A stretch of DNA of 64,000 bases from Clostridiales bacterium. GTDB taxonomy: Bacteria; Bacillota; Clostridia; Saccharofermentanales; Saccharofermentanaceae. The DNA is taken from NCBI GenBank assembly GCA_017962145.1, contig JAGCVX010000014.1, forward strand, positions 5,162 to 69,161, given 5' to 3'. The first letter of the stretch is position 1, and each line of letters starts with the position of its first letter. The position numbers and the translations under genes were made by a program. Under the pieces are notes generated by a model. The model saw only the letters and a program-made list of their open reading frames with translations, made no database searches and was not told the origin of the DNA. Of this stretch, positions 35,945-45,105 are shown piece after piece.

Positions 35945-38386
35945 ATGAATATTCTCGAATATATGAAGGACCATTTCCTGTTCCTCGACGGCGGCATGGG
36001 GACGCTTCTTCAGGAAGCAGGGCTTCAGCCCGGAGAACTTCCGGAAAGATGGAATGTTTCTCGTCCGGAGGAGATCATCCGTATCCAGAAATCGTATTAC
36101 GACGCCGGTTCCAATGTAGTTCTGAGTAACACATTCGGCGCGAACGGATTAAAGTTCGACGATGAAGAACTGGAAACACTGGTAACCGCGGCAGTAAAGA
36201 ATTCGCGTGAGGCAGCGCGCCAGAGCAGCGGCACGCAGGAGAAATTCGTCGCACTCGATATCGGTCCTTTGGGAAAACTCCTCAAGCCTTACGGCGATTA
36301 TGAATTCGAAGACGCGGTCGCGATGTACAGTAAGACCATCCGGTACGGTGTTGCCGCAGGTGTAGATCTGATCTTCATCGAGACCATGAACGACAGCTAC
36401 GATACAAAGGCCGCACTTTTGGCGGCAAAAGAAAACTCTGACCTTCCGGTATTTGTTTCCAACGCATATGGCGCGGATGGAAAACTGATGACCGGGGCCT
36501 CGCCGGCCGCCATGGTGGCGATGCTCGAAGGCATGCATGCCGACGCGATCGGCGCGAACTGTTCACTCGGTCCGGATCAGCTTATCGGAGTGATGGAAGA
36601 ATACCTCGAGTACGCATCGGTTCCGGTTCTGCTGAAGCCGAACGCAGGTCTTCCGAGAAGTGAAAACGGAAAGACTGTCTACGACGTATTCCCGCCGGAG
36701 TTTGCCGAGTCGGTCGGAAAACTTCTGGAAAAAGGTATCCGCATCGCAGGTGGATGCTGTGGTACGACACCGGACTATATCCGCGCCGTCGTCGAAAAAT
36801 CGAAGTCCATCACACCGGTTCCGGTAACAGAAAAGAACCGCTCTCTGGTTTCGTCTTATACGAATGCCGTAGAGTTCGGCGGAAGTCCGATCCTCATCGG
36901 TGAACGTATCAACCCGACAGGTAAGAAGCGTTTCCAGCAGGCACTTCGCGAAAACGATATCGACTATATCTTAAATGAAGCACTGAAACAGCAGGATGCA
37001 GGCGTACAGCTTCTGGACGTCAACGTCGGTCTTCCGGAGATCGACGAACCGGCTTTCCTGCTTCGCGCGGTACGAGAACTGCAGGCTGTAACCGACCTTC
37101 CGCTTCAGCTCGATACGACCGATCCGGTCGCGATGGAAGCAGGTCTTCGCGCCTATAACGGGAAGGCGATGGTCAACTCCGTCAACGGTAAAGAAGAAGT
37201 CATGAAAGAGATCTTCCCGCTGGTTGCCAAGTACGGCGGATTCGTTGTCGCACTGACGATCGACGAAGGCGGTATCCCGGATACGGCGGAAGAACGTGTG
37301 GCGATTGCAGAAAAGATCATCAAGCGCGCAGCCGAGTACGGTATCGCGAAAAAAGACCTGATCTTCGACCCGCTGGCGATGACGATCTCGGCGGATACGA
37401 CCGCGGCGCTGGCAACGATGCAGGCCGTGCACAGGATCCGTCATGATCTGAAGGTCAACACTTCACTGGGTATTTCAAACGTTTCTTTCGGTCTTCCGAA
37501 CAGAAATATCATCACCTCGACATTCTTCGCGATCTGTCTGCAGGACGGTTTGTCTGCGGCGATCATGAACCCGTATTCACAGGAGATGATGAATGTCTAC
37601 TTTGCATTCCGCGCACTCCATAACATGGATGAAAACTGCATGGATTACATCAGCTATGCGCAGAATCTTCCGGCTCCGACGATGGCTGCACCGGCAGCAG
37701 GTTCCGCACCATCCGGCGCTCCCGCAGCAGACGCATCTTCGTCGGGCGGACCGACATCGGAACTGCAAAAAGCGATCGTCCGCGGACTGAAGGAGAAGAC
37801 CGGTGCGCTGACAAAAGACCTTCTGAAAGAAAAGCAGCCTCTGCAGATCATCCAGGAGGAAGTTATCCCGGCGCTGAATATCGTAGGCGAAGATTTCGAG
37901 AAGAAAAAGGTTTATCTGCCGCAGCTTCTGATGGCTGCCGAAGCGTCGAAGGCGGCATTTGAAGAAGTAAAAAAACTTATGGCGGAGTCCGGTGGTGCCG
38001 GTCCGACAAGATGCTCGTTCGTTCTTGCGACCGTGCACGGCGACATCCACGATATCGGAAAGAATATCGTGAAACTGATCCTGGAGAACTACGGATTTGC
38101 CGTTTCGGATCTGGGAAAAGATGTGCCGGAGCAGGACGTCGTGGATGAAGTCATCCGTCTGCACGCACCGATCGTAGGCCTGTCGGCTCTTATGACGACG
38201 ACGGTTCCGGCGATGGAAGAGACGATCAAGCTTCTTCGTGAGCAGGCGCCTTGGGCAAAGGTTTGTGTCGGCGGCGCGGTACTGACGCAGGAATACGCCG
38301 ATCAGATCGGCGCGGACCGTTATTGCCGAGATGCGATGGAAACTGTCCGTTACGCAGAAGAGATCGATCAGGCACTGAACGCCTGA
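35945..38386 (+). CDS. metH: Cobalamin-dependent methionine synthase core (Hcy-binding, pterin-binding, B12 cap and B12-binding domains; no activation domain)
   Basis: LDGGMGT, GGCCGTTP, SNVSFGLP and HGDIHDIGKNIV (DxHxxG). 813 aa, ending right after the B12-binding domain. Confidence 0.9.
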   Translation: MNILEYMKDHFLFLDGGMGTLLQEAGLQPGELPERWNVSRPEEIIRIQKSYYDAGSNVVLSNTFGANGLKFDDEELETLVTAAVKNSREAARQSSGTQEKFVALDIGPLGKLLKPYGDYEFEDAVAMYSKTIRYGVAAGVDLIFIETMNDSYDTKAALLAAKENSDLPVFVSNAYGADGKLMTGASPAAMVAMLEGMHADAIGANCSLGPDQLIGVMEEYLEYASVPVLLKPNAGLPRSENGKTVYDVFPPEFAESVGKLLEKGIRIAGGCCGTTPDYIRAVVEKSKSITPVPVTEKNRSLVSSYTNAVEFGGSPILIGERINPTGKKRFQQALRENDIDYILNEALKQQDAGVQLLDVNVGLPEIDEPAFLLRAVRELQAVTDLPLQLDTTDPVAMEAGLRAYNGKAMVNSVNGKEEVMKEIFPLVAKYGGFVVALTIDEGGIPDTAEERVAIAEKIIKRAAEYGIAKKDLIFDPLAMTISADTTAALATMQAVHRIRHDLKVNTSLGISNVSFGLPNRNIITSTFFAICLQDGLSAAIMNPYSQEMMNVYFAFRALHNMDENCMDYISYAQNLPAPTMAAPAAGSAPSGAPAADASSSGGPTSELQKAIVRGLKEKTGALTKDLLKEKQPLQIIQEEVIPALNIVGEDFEKKKVYLPQLLMAAEASKAAFEEVKKLMAESGGAGPTRCSFVLATVHGDIHDIGKNIVKLILENYGFAVSDLGKDVPEQDVVDEVIRLHAPIVGLSALMTTTVPAMEETIKLLREQAPWAKVCVGGAVLTQEYADQIGADRYCRDAMETVRYAEEIDQALNA

Positions 38387-38409
38387 TCCGGATTTGGGGG
38401 ATTTTTGAA

Positions 38410-39111
38410 ATGCACTACAGCGTTCTGATCGTGGATGACGAACAGGAACTTTCTGAGTATACCTGCCGGTATTTTAATATGTCGGGAGTTTCGGCCGCGT
38501 TTGCGCTCGACCAGAAAGCGGCGCTGGATTTCTTTTCTGAAAATACCTGTTCGCTGATCCTTCTGGATATTAACTTAGGTAAGGATTCCGGGTTTGAACT
38601 TTGCCAGATGATCAGAGAGAAGATCAACGTACCGATCTTTTTCATCAGTGCAAGGCAGGCAGAGGACGACATGCTCCTGGCGCTTTCCATCGGTGGTGAC
38701 GACTATATCTGTAAGCCCTATTCGCTGGGTGTGCTTCTGGCGAAAGTAAAGGTTGCCCTGAAGCGCTACGAGGAATCCGGCAAAAGCGAAAGCGAAGCCG
38801 AAACGAAGAATCTCGTGAAACTTGGAAATACGGCGATCGATCTTTCCAAAGCCGTAGTCATGAAAGGGGAGGAGAAGATCCTGTTGAAAGCGATGGAATT
38901 CCGCCTCCTCGTGTATATGCTCAACAACCGAAACCGAATCATCAAGAAAGAAGAATTCTTCGAAAAGATCTGGAATACGGAGTTCGTCGGCGATGTTACG
39001 CTCAACGTGCACATCCGTCATCTGCGTGAGAAGATCGAAGAGGACGCCAGCAATCCGAAATACATCAAGACCGTCTGGGGTTCCGGATTTATTCTGGAGG
39101 ATAAGCCGTGA
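38410..39111 (+). CDS. OmpR-family response regulator
   Basis: I trimmed the start to ATG 38410, because the track ORF extends back into metH. Receiver plus Trans_reg_C (NVHIRHLREKIE). Confidence 0.85.
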   Translation: MHYSVLIVDDEQELSEYTCRYFNMSGVSAAFALDQKAALDFFSENTCSLILLDINLGKDSGFELCQMIREKINVPIFFISARQAEDDMLLALSIGGDDYICKPYSLGVLLAKVKVALKRYEESGKSESEAETKNLVKLGNTAIDLSKAVVMKGEEKILLKAMEFRLLVYMLNNRNRIIKKEEFFEKIWNTEFVGDVTLNVHIRHLREKIEEDASNPKYIKTVWGSGFILEDKP

Positions 39112-40400
39112 AACTGAGGACGTATCTCATCTATGCCGTGATCTTTCTGGCCGTGATCGTCGCGGTCGCATTTCACATCGCAAACTTTGAAGTTCGTGAG
39201 GTGACGGCCTATCCGACCGAGATCAACCGCCTGAGCATCGCGATCGGAAAGAACTGGGAAGAGACGAAGCAGCTGAGCAGCGCCAAGATCGAAAACGACC
39301 AGCCTTTCGAATATTCGGTCATCGATAACGAAGGAAATCTTCTCATCTATACAAACGACAGGATCTCTACCTCAGTTTCTTCCGCGACCACCAACTACGA
39401 CGTCATCCGTGACATCACGAACGAGAACGGAGACGTGGTCGGAAAACTTCTGGTGCATAACGACTATAAAGAGAAGCAGACCGCAAGAAACCACAAGACC
39501 GCGACTATCGTGGCTGAGATCTTGTTTGCGATGCTGGTGGTGAGTTCTCTTTATTTTCTCTATCTCAAAAAACGCGTCGTGGATCCTTTTAACAAGATGC
39601 AGGATTTTGCAGCCGAGGTCGCAGCCGGTAATCTTGATGCTCCGCTGAAGATGGACAGAGGAAACGTCTTCGGTGCATTTACCGGAGCCTTTGACATCAT
39701 GCGAGATGAACTGCGTGCCAGTAAGCTTCGCGAGGCCGAGGCTGTGAATGCGCGAAAGGAACTGGTGGCGCAGCTTTCCCACGATATTAAAACTCCGGTT
39801 ACTTCCATCAAGGCGATGGCGGACGTGATGGAACTTTCCGCAAAGAACGAAGAAGAGAAAAACACGATCCGAAACATCAACGCCAAGGCCGACCAGATCG
39901 ACAGCCTGGTATCGAATCTTTTCCACGCCACGCTGGAAGAGCTTGAGCATCTGGAAGTTAAACTCGGTGAAGTCACATCCATCGATATCGCGCACTTTAT
40001 TTCGGAAGCGGACTATAAAAAGAAGTGCGGTGCATTTACCATCGAGGATGCGGTCGTGCAGGCCGATCCGCTTCGCTTAAACCAGGTCATCAACAATATC
40101 TTTTCCAATTCCTATAAATATGCCGATACGAAGATGACGGTTCGAAGCAGTGTCGAAAAGGGAATCGATAACGCGCGTTTTCTTCTGATCGAAATCGCTG
40201 ACCAGGGCGGCGGTGTCCCGGAAGAAGAACTCGAGATGATCTTCGGAAAGTTTAAAAGAGGAAGCAATGCTTCGGGAAAAGACGGCACGGGCTTAGGCCT
40301 TTATATCTCTCGTTACCTGATGGAAAAGATGGGAGGAGAGATCACCTGCAGCAATAAAGACGGCGGACTTTGCGTTGCGCTGCGCCTGCGACTTCTCTGA
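39108..40400 (+). CDS. Sensor histidine kinase (2 TM, ~120-aa outer loop, HAMP)
   Basis: H-box QLSHDIKTPVTSI, N-box NIFSNSYKYA, G-box GTGLGLYISR. Confidence 0.85.
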   Translation: MKLRTYLIYAVIFLAVIVAVAFHIANFEVREVTAYPTEINRLSIAIGKNWEETKQLSSAKIENDQPFEYSVIDNEGNLLIYTNDRISTSVSSATTNYDVIRDITNENGDVVGKLLVHNDYKEKQTARNHKTATIVAEILFAMLVVSSLYFLYLKKRVVDPFNKMQDFAAEVAAGNLDAPLKMDRGNVFGAFTGAFDIMRDELRASKLREAEAVNARKELVAQLSHDIKTPVTSIKAMADVMELSAKNEEEKNTIRNINAKADQIDSLVSNLFHATLEELEHLEVKLGEVTSIDIAHFISEADYKKKCGAFTIEDAVVQADPLRLNQVINNIFSNSYKYADTKMTVRSSVEKGIDNARFLLIEIADQGGGVPEEELEMIFGKFKRGSNASGKDGTGLGLYISRYLMEKMGGEITCSNKDGGLCVALRLRLL

Positions 40401-40550
40401 TCGTTGGAAGGTATTAAAACAATTTTCCCGATTTAAAGAACAGTTAAAATTCAGGCAAAGATTTTAAGGATACACTTGAAATATACTTAAGACCGTACAG
40501 AGATGATCTGTGCGGTCATTTTCGTAGGAGAAGGCGAAAGGAGACATCAA

Positions 40551-41312
40551 GTGGATAAGAAAGTAATCATCAAGACAGACAAGTTAAGCAAGAGCTTCTC
40601 GGTTTCCGGGAAACAGTATCATATCATCAAAAATCTCGACCTTGAGATCTACGAAGGCGACTTTACCGTTATCATGGGCTCGTCCGGTGCCGGAAAATCT
40701 ACCCTCCTTTATGCGCTTTCCGGCATGGACAAGCCGTCCCTCGGACATATCAGTTACGCGGGAGAAGAGATCACGGACATGAACGATGATCAGCTTGCGG
40801 TCTTCCGCAGAAAGCACTGCGGATTTGTGTTCCAGCAGGTCCATCTCGTAGACAGTATGAGTATCATGGACAACGCGATCAGTACAGGCATGCTGATCGG
40901 ACAGAAGCAGAAAGATCTGAAGAAAAAAGCGACGGATCTTTTTGAACGAGTAGGCATCAGTGAAGAGATGACCGAGAAATTCCCGGCACAGGTCAGTGGT
41001 GGTGAAGCCCAGCGCGCCGCGATGGTTAGAGCAGTCATCAACGACCCGGATGTGGTCTTTGCCGATGAGCCGACAGGAGCGCTGAACTCTGCGGGCGTCG
41101 AGTCCGTTTTAAATGTTCTGACCGACATCAATAACGAAGGTCAGTCTGTAGTCATGGTCACTCACGATATCAAGTCCGCAAGACGTGCCAATCGTATCCT
41201 CTATCTCGAGGACGGCGGCATCAAGGGCGAGTGCAACCCGGGAAAGTACGTAAGCGGTGACAAGAAGAGACATCAGATGATCAAGGGTTTTCTGGAGGAG
41301 ATGGGATGGTAA
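40551..41312 (+). CDS. ABC transporter ATP-binding protein (MacB/FtsE/BceA-like)
   Basis: GTG 40551 follows GAAAGGAG. GSSGAGKST, VSGGEAQR, VFADEPTGALN. Confidence 0.85.
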   Translation: MDKKVIIKTDKLSKSFSVSGKQYHIIKNLDLEIYEGDFTVIMGSSGAGKSTLLYALSGMDKPSLGHISYAGEEITDMNDDQLAVFRRKHCGFVFQQVHLVDSMSIMDNAISTGMLIGQKQKDLKKKATDLFERVGISEEMTEKFPAQVSGGEAQRAAMVRAVINDPDVVFADEPTGALNSAGVESVLNVLTDINNEGQSVVMVTHDIKSARRANRILYLEDGGIKGECNPGKYVSGDKKRHQMIKGFLEEMGW

Positions 41313-43663
41313 AGCTAATCAAAGCCAATTTGCGAAAAGACAGAAATGTACTGCTGGCTTTTCTGGCAGTACTGATCCTGACTTCACTTCTTTTACATAC
41401 CGGTCTTTTTATCGGCCAGTACAGCTCCATCTATGATGAGAAGGTGAAATTGAAAAAAGAAGCCGATGTAATGTGCTATGTAGTGGGCTCCGAGGAGGAG
41501 ATCACCCAGGCTCTCTCCGGTGTCAAAGAAATCTCCGATTTTTCTGTTCAGGACATGATCTTTCCCGGTACGGTTGAGTTGTATGTCAATGGCGCCACGG
41601 AGAAAACTGACCTGGATGACGGTACGTTTACGAGACTTGGGGAATATGGTGTGGCCGAAGAATACGACTTCATTGAGCGGGATGATTCCATCGCCGGGCC
41701 GAAGATCTATCTCAACTCCTATTATGCTCAGCTTAAGGGACTCAAAGTAGGGGATAAGGTCCATATGCATTCCATCCCTACAGGGGATCTGGATCTTTCG
41801 GTAGGCGGCATCTTTGAAACCATGATCGGCGGTAATTCCTACGGCTGGATGGCGATCCTTTTTGATGCGGAGACCTTCGATGAGATGCTGAAAACTTCCG
41901 ATGCCTCATTTGCCATGACAGGAATCGCAACGAGCCGGAAGATGGTGAAGATCCACTGCGCAGAAGGCTTTAGCATGAACGACACCCTTCAGGCAGTAAA
42001 TGACAGGTACTCAAAAGCAGGTTTGGATTCTTTTGCCTATGCCCGTTCCCTGGTAAAAGCAGGATACGTTGCAGTGGCCAACATCATCTCCGGTCTGGTA
42101 ACGGCATTTTCCGTCGTGGTACTGGTGGTCTGCCTGATCATGATCGTCTTTACGATCAACAACAATATCGACAGAGATATTAAGAATATCGGTGCGCTTC
42201 GTGCAGTAGGTCATACCATCGGCCAGCTTCGTGCAGCCATGATAGTGGAATACCTGATCATCGGTCTGTGGGGCGGAATCATCGGCTGCGGTCTCTCTTA
42301 TATCGTCATGCCGATCCTGGACGACAAGGTCTTTCAGACCATTACCGGTGTGCTCTGGATACGCCGTTTCTGCCCCATGATCACCACCGTAATCTTAGGC
42401 GGTATCGCGCTCTCCATGATCGCGGTAGTATTTCTTTCGACCATCAAGCTCAAAAAACTTCACCCTGCAACCGCGCTGCGTTTCGGTCTGAAGTCGAACA
42501 GCTTCAAAAAGAACCACCTTCCGCTTGCAAAGACAAATGGCGGACTGAACGGACTTCTGGCCGTAAAAAGCATGCTCCAGAGCCAGGGACAGAACATCAT
42601 CCTTCTCGGTGTCATGAGCGTGGTCGCTTTCATGATCATTTTCTCGGGGATCCTGTTTTATAACAGCAAAGTCGACCCGAGCGAGTTTATGCATCTTATT
42701 CACGGCGATAATCCGGACGGCTATATCCATGTCAATACGGAAGAGGAAGAGACCCATCAGATCATGGAAGAACTCAGCCACTTTGATGGCGTAAAAGAAG
42801 TATATGGCTATAATTTTGCCAATGTCAGCATCGACGGAAGTGAGACCTTTGCCATGTTCACGGATAAGCCGGAATACATGGAGTGTGGCGTATATAAGGG
42901 CGTCATGTGCCAGGAAGAGAACGAATGCGTAATGGGTAAAGTCATTGCCGAAAGAATGGGTGTGCATATCGGTGATGAGATCGAAGTGAAGTGCGGCACA
43001 AAAAAGGCACGGTATATCATTACCGGTTTTCAGCAGTCGGTATACTCTCTGGGTGAACGCATCTTCGTCAGTGAAGAAGGCGCCAAACGTTTAGGAGTAG
43101 ATACGAACTATGAGATCATCCGTTTCCGTATGGACGATCCGAGTGTCGAAAAAGTTGATCGGGTTCTTTCTGAGATGAAAGATTACCTCGGCGACCGTTG
43201 CACGATCACCGAGAACTGGTACGAGGAAGTGCATTTAGGAAACGGTGTGGAGATCTCTGCCGTATCGCTTCTGGTCATGATCCTGATCGCACTGAATATC
43301 GCGATCATCCTTCTGGTCATCAAGATCCTTCTGAAGACGATCTTCATCAAGAAGGAAAAAGAATTCGGTATCAAAAAGGCAGTGGGCTTTACCAGCAAGC
43401 AGCTGAAACTGCAGCTTTCTCTGTCGCTTCTGCCGGTCACGATCCTGGCGTCAGTCATCGGTTCACTCGTCGGATACTTCCTGGTCAATCCACTGATTAC
43501 CGCGATCCTGAGCAGCTTTGGTGCAGAAAAAGTCAGCTTCCTGGTATTCCCGGTCCTGATCCTTCTGACCATCGTCGTGATCGGTGTGCTGGTATTCTCC
43601 ATGACCTACATCATGTCCGGTTCGATCAAGCGTGTCTCCGCTTACGAATTGATCTCGGAATAA
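41306..43663 (+). CDS. FtsX-family ABC permease with duplicated (extracytoplasmic domain + FtsX) halves
   Basis: 785 aa. The layout is TM1, a ~220-aa loop, 3 TM, further TM segments, a ~170-aa loop, then 3 TM (FGIKKAVGFTSKQL FtsX motif). Confidence 0.75.
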   Translation: MVKLIKANLRKDRNVLLAFLAVLILTSLLLHTGLFIGQYSSIYDEKVKLKKEADVMCYVVGSEEEITQALSGVKEISDFSVQDMIFPGTVELYVNGATEKTDLDDGTFTRLGEYGVAEEYDFIERDDSIAGPKIYLNSYYAQLKGLKVGDKVHMHSIPTGDLDLSVGGIFETMIGGNSYGWMAILFDAETFDEMLKTSDASFAMTGIATSRKMVKIHCAEGFSMNDTLQAVNDRYSKAGLDSFAYARSLVKAGYVAVANIISGLVTAFSVVVLVVCLIMIVFTINNNIDRDIKNIGALRAVGHTIGQLRAAMIVEYLIIGLWGGIIGCGLSYIVMPILDDKVFQTITGVLWIRRFCPMITTVILGGIALSMIAVVFLSTIKLKKLHPATALRFGLKSNSFKKNHLPLAKTNGGLNGLLAVKSMLQSQGQNIILLGVMSVVAFMIIFSGILFYNSKVDPSEFMHLIHGDNPDGYIHVNTEEEETHQIMEELSHFDGVKEVYGYNFANVSIDGSETFAMFTDKPEYMECGVYKGVMCQEENECVMGKVIAERMGVHIGDEIEVKCGTKKARYIITGFQQSVYSLGERIFVSEEGAKRLGVDTNYEIIRFRMDDPSVEKVDRVLSEMKDYLGDRCTITENWYEEVHLGNGVEISAVSLLVMILIALNIAIILLVIKILLKTIFIKKEKEFGIKKAVGFTSKQLKLQLSLSLLPVTILASVIGSLVGYFLVNPLITAILSSFGAEKVSFLVFPVLILLTIVVIGVLVFSMTYIMSGSIKRVSAYELISE

Positions 43664-43749
43664 GTAAAAAAGAGCACGATAACGATATTCTGACACCCTT
43701 TCGTCTGCTATAATGGGCATGTTATATGTTTGACGAGGAGTGCGTGCTC

Positions 43750-44778
43750 ATGAAGACTTGGCAGGGGTATCAGAAGGGTGTGAATCTGGGCGGATGGCTG
43801 TCCCAGTGCGATGACACCGAAGAAACATACAGTACATTTGTAAAAGAAGAAGACATCAAGATCATCAAGGGATGGTGCATGGATCATGTCCGCCTTCCCT
43901 TTGACTATGAGCTGATCGAGGATAAGGATGGCAATCCGGTGGAAAGTGGTTACGCCCACATCCAGGATGCGATCGACTGGTGCGGAAAGTACGGACTCAA
44001 CATGATTCTGGATCTGCATAAGACCATGGGCTATTCTTTTGATCCGGCCTTTGGCGAGGAAGGCTTTTTCGAAAGTGAAAAGCTGCAGGAGCGTTTTTAT
44101 CAGCTGTGGGAAAAAGTCGCCGAGCGTTTCAGTAAGTATGAGGACCGTCTGGCTTTCGAGCTTCTGAACGAAGTCACCGACAAGTCCTACTGCGAACTCT
44201 GGAACAAGATCTCCGAGAACTGCATCCGCCGTATCCGTAAGATCGCTCCGACGATCAAGATCCTCGTGGGCGGTTACTGGAACAACAGTGTTGATTCGGT
44301 AAAAGACCTGGCGATGCCGTATGACGAGAATATCATCTACAATTTCCACTGCTACGAGCCCTTGATCTTTACCCATCAGGGTGCGCCGTGGATCCCCTCC
44401 ATGGACACATCTTTCCGTATCGCGATCGATGCGCCCTATAAAGAGATGGGCGAGTACAGCGAGAAGTATCTGCAGCAGGTGACGACCGGTTTTGCAGGCT
44501 TCCCCGAGACCGACACACTGAGCTCGGCATATTTTGAAAAGATCTTCGCCGAGGCGATCTCCGTGGCAGAAGAAAGAAACGTCGCTCTGTACTGCGGTGA
44601 GTACGGTGTCATCGACCGTGTCGCGCCAAAGGACGCACTTGCCTGGTACAAAAAGATCAACGAGGTCTTCGTCCGTTACGGTATCGGCCGCTCGGCATGG
44701 AACTATAAGGTCATGGATTTCGGTATCTCGGATGCGCGCATGGATGAGGTGAGAGAAGAGCTGCTGAAGTATCTGTGA
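43750..44778 (+). CDS. GH5 glycoside hydrolase (cellulase family), cytoplasmic
   Basis: GVNLGGW, acid/base FELLNEV, nucleophile YCGEYGV. No signal peptide. GAGGAG RBS precedes ATG 43750. Confidence 0.8.
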   Translation: MKTWQGYQKGVNLGGWLSQCDDTEETYSTFVKEEDIKIIKGWCMDHVRLPFDYELIEDKDGNPVESGYAHIQDAIDWCGKYGLNMILDLHKTMGYSFDPAFGEEGFFESEKLQERFYQLWEKVAERFSKYEDRLAFELLNEVTDKSYCELWNKISENCIRRIRKIAPTIKILVGGYWNNSVDSVKDLAMPYDENIIYNFHCYEPLIFTHQGAPWIPSMDTSFRIAIDAPYKEMGEYSEKYLQQVTTGFAGFPETDTLSSAYFEKIFAEAISVAEERNVALYCGEYGVIDRVAPKDALAWYKKINEVFVRYGIGRSAWNYKVMDFGISDARMDEVREELLKYL

Positions 44779-44813
44779 TGCTTTGGCAAATGCACTTTCG
44801 CCTGTTTGTGTCA

Positions 44814-44841
44814 TTGACAAACTGCGCCTTCGTGTTACACT
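44814..44841 (+). promoter_or_regulatory. Near-consensus sigma-A promoter for a small ORF
   Basis: TTGACA (44814-44819), 16-nt spacer, TACACT (44836-44841). Confidence 0.5.
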
Positions 44842-44879
44842 AACACTAGTTTACATTTCGAAGATCAGGAGGATCGATC

Positions 44880-45002
44880 ATGAGAGCAAGTCAGAAGAAA
44901 TCCCGTTATAGCATGCCGGTACGAGTACTGGCACTGGTACTTTCTTTTATGATGCTTTCTTCGATTCTGGTCTTGATCGCCATTATTCTCCAGATGCGCT
45001 GA
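44880..45002 (+). CDS. 40-aa basic/hydrophobic single-TM peptide (hypothetical)
   Basis: AGGAGG lies 7 nt before the ATG. Sequence is MRASQKKSRYSMPVRVLALVLSFMMLSSILVLIAIILQMR. It has its own promoter and a terminator downstream. It falls below the ORF-track length cutoff. Confidence 0.4.
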   Translation: MRASQKKSRYSMPVRVLALVLSFMMLSSILVLIAIILQMR

Positions 45003-45039
45003 GATTGCGGATACGCCCGGAAGCGCCAAGAGACAGAAA

Positions 45040-45080
45040 AAGAAAAAAGAAAAGAACGGCTTTGGGCCGTTCTTTTTGTT
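45040..45080. terminator. Bidirectional hairpin terminator between convergent genes
   Basis: gaacggc / gccgttc stem flanked by an A-run upstream and a T-run downstream. Confidence 0.65.
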
Positions 45081-45105
45081 TTCGTTCATTTTGCGCGGAA
45101 GCGGA

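Noticed and set aside
38251-38409. Upstream extensions of track ORFs, including 38251 for the response regulator and 53608 for the exonuclease. Others are 8673, 11046, 25622, 27218, 40503, 48207 and 19036.
   Set aside because: The extensions overlap the preceding gene or have no RBS. An internal ATG or GTG with a good Shine-Dalgarno sequence and a family-typical N-terminus was chosen in each case.
43708-44820. 370-aa - strand ORF covering the whole GH5 gene. Similar long antisense ORFs occur at 12711-13538, 15045-15860, 21763-23331, 45076-45978, 46102-46899, 48087-49310, 52463-53830, 59571-60635, 61802-62584 and 63082-63744.
   Set aside because: Each is antisense to a gene with clear family motifs. 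They lack RBSs and have odd composition (R/H/C-rich). They are typical shadow ORFs.
44865-45089. 74-aa - strand ORF.
   Set aside because: It is antisense to the small + strand peptide gene, which has a promoter and RBS, and it includes the terminator.
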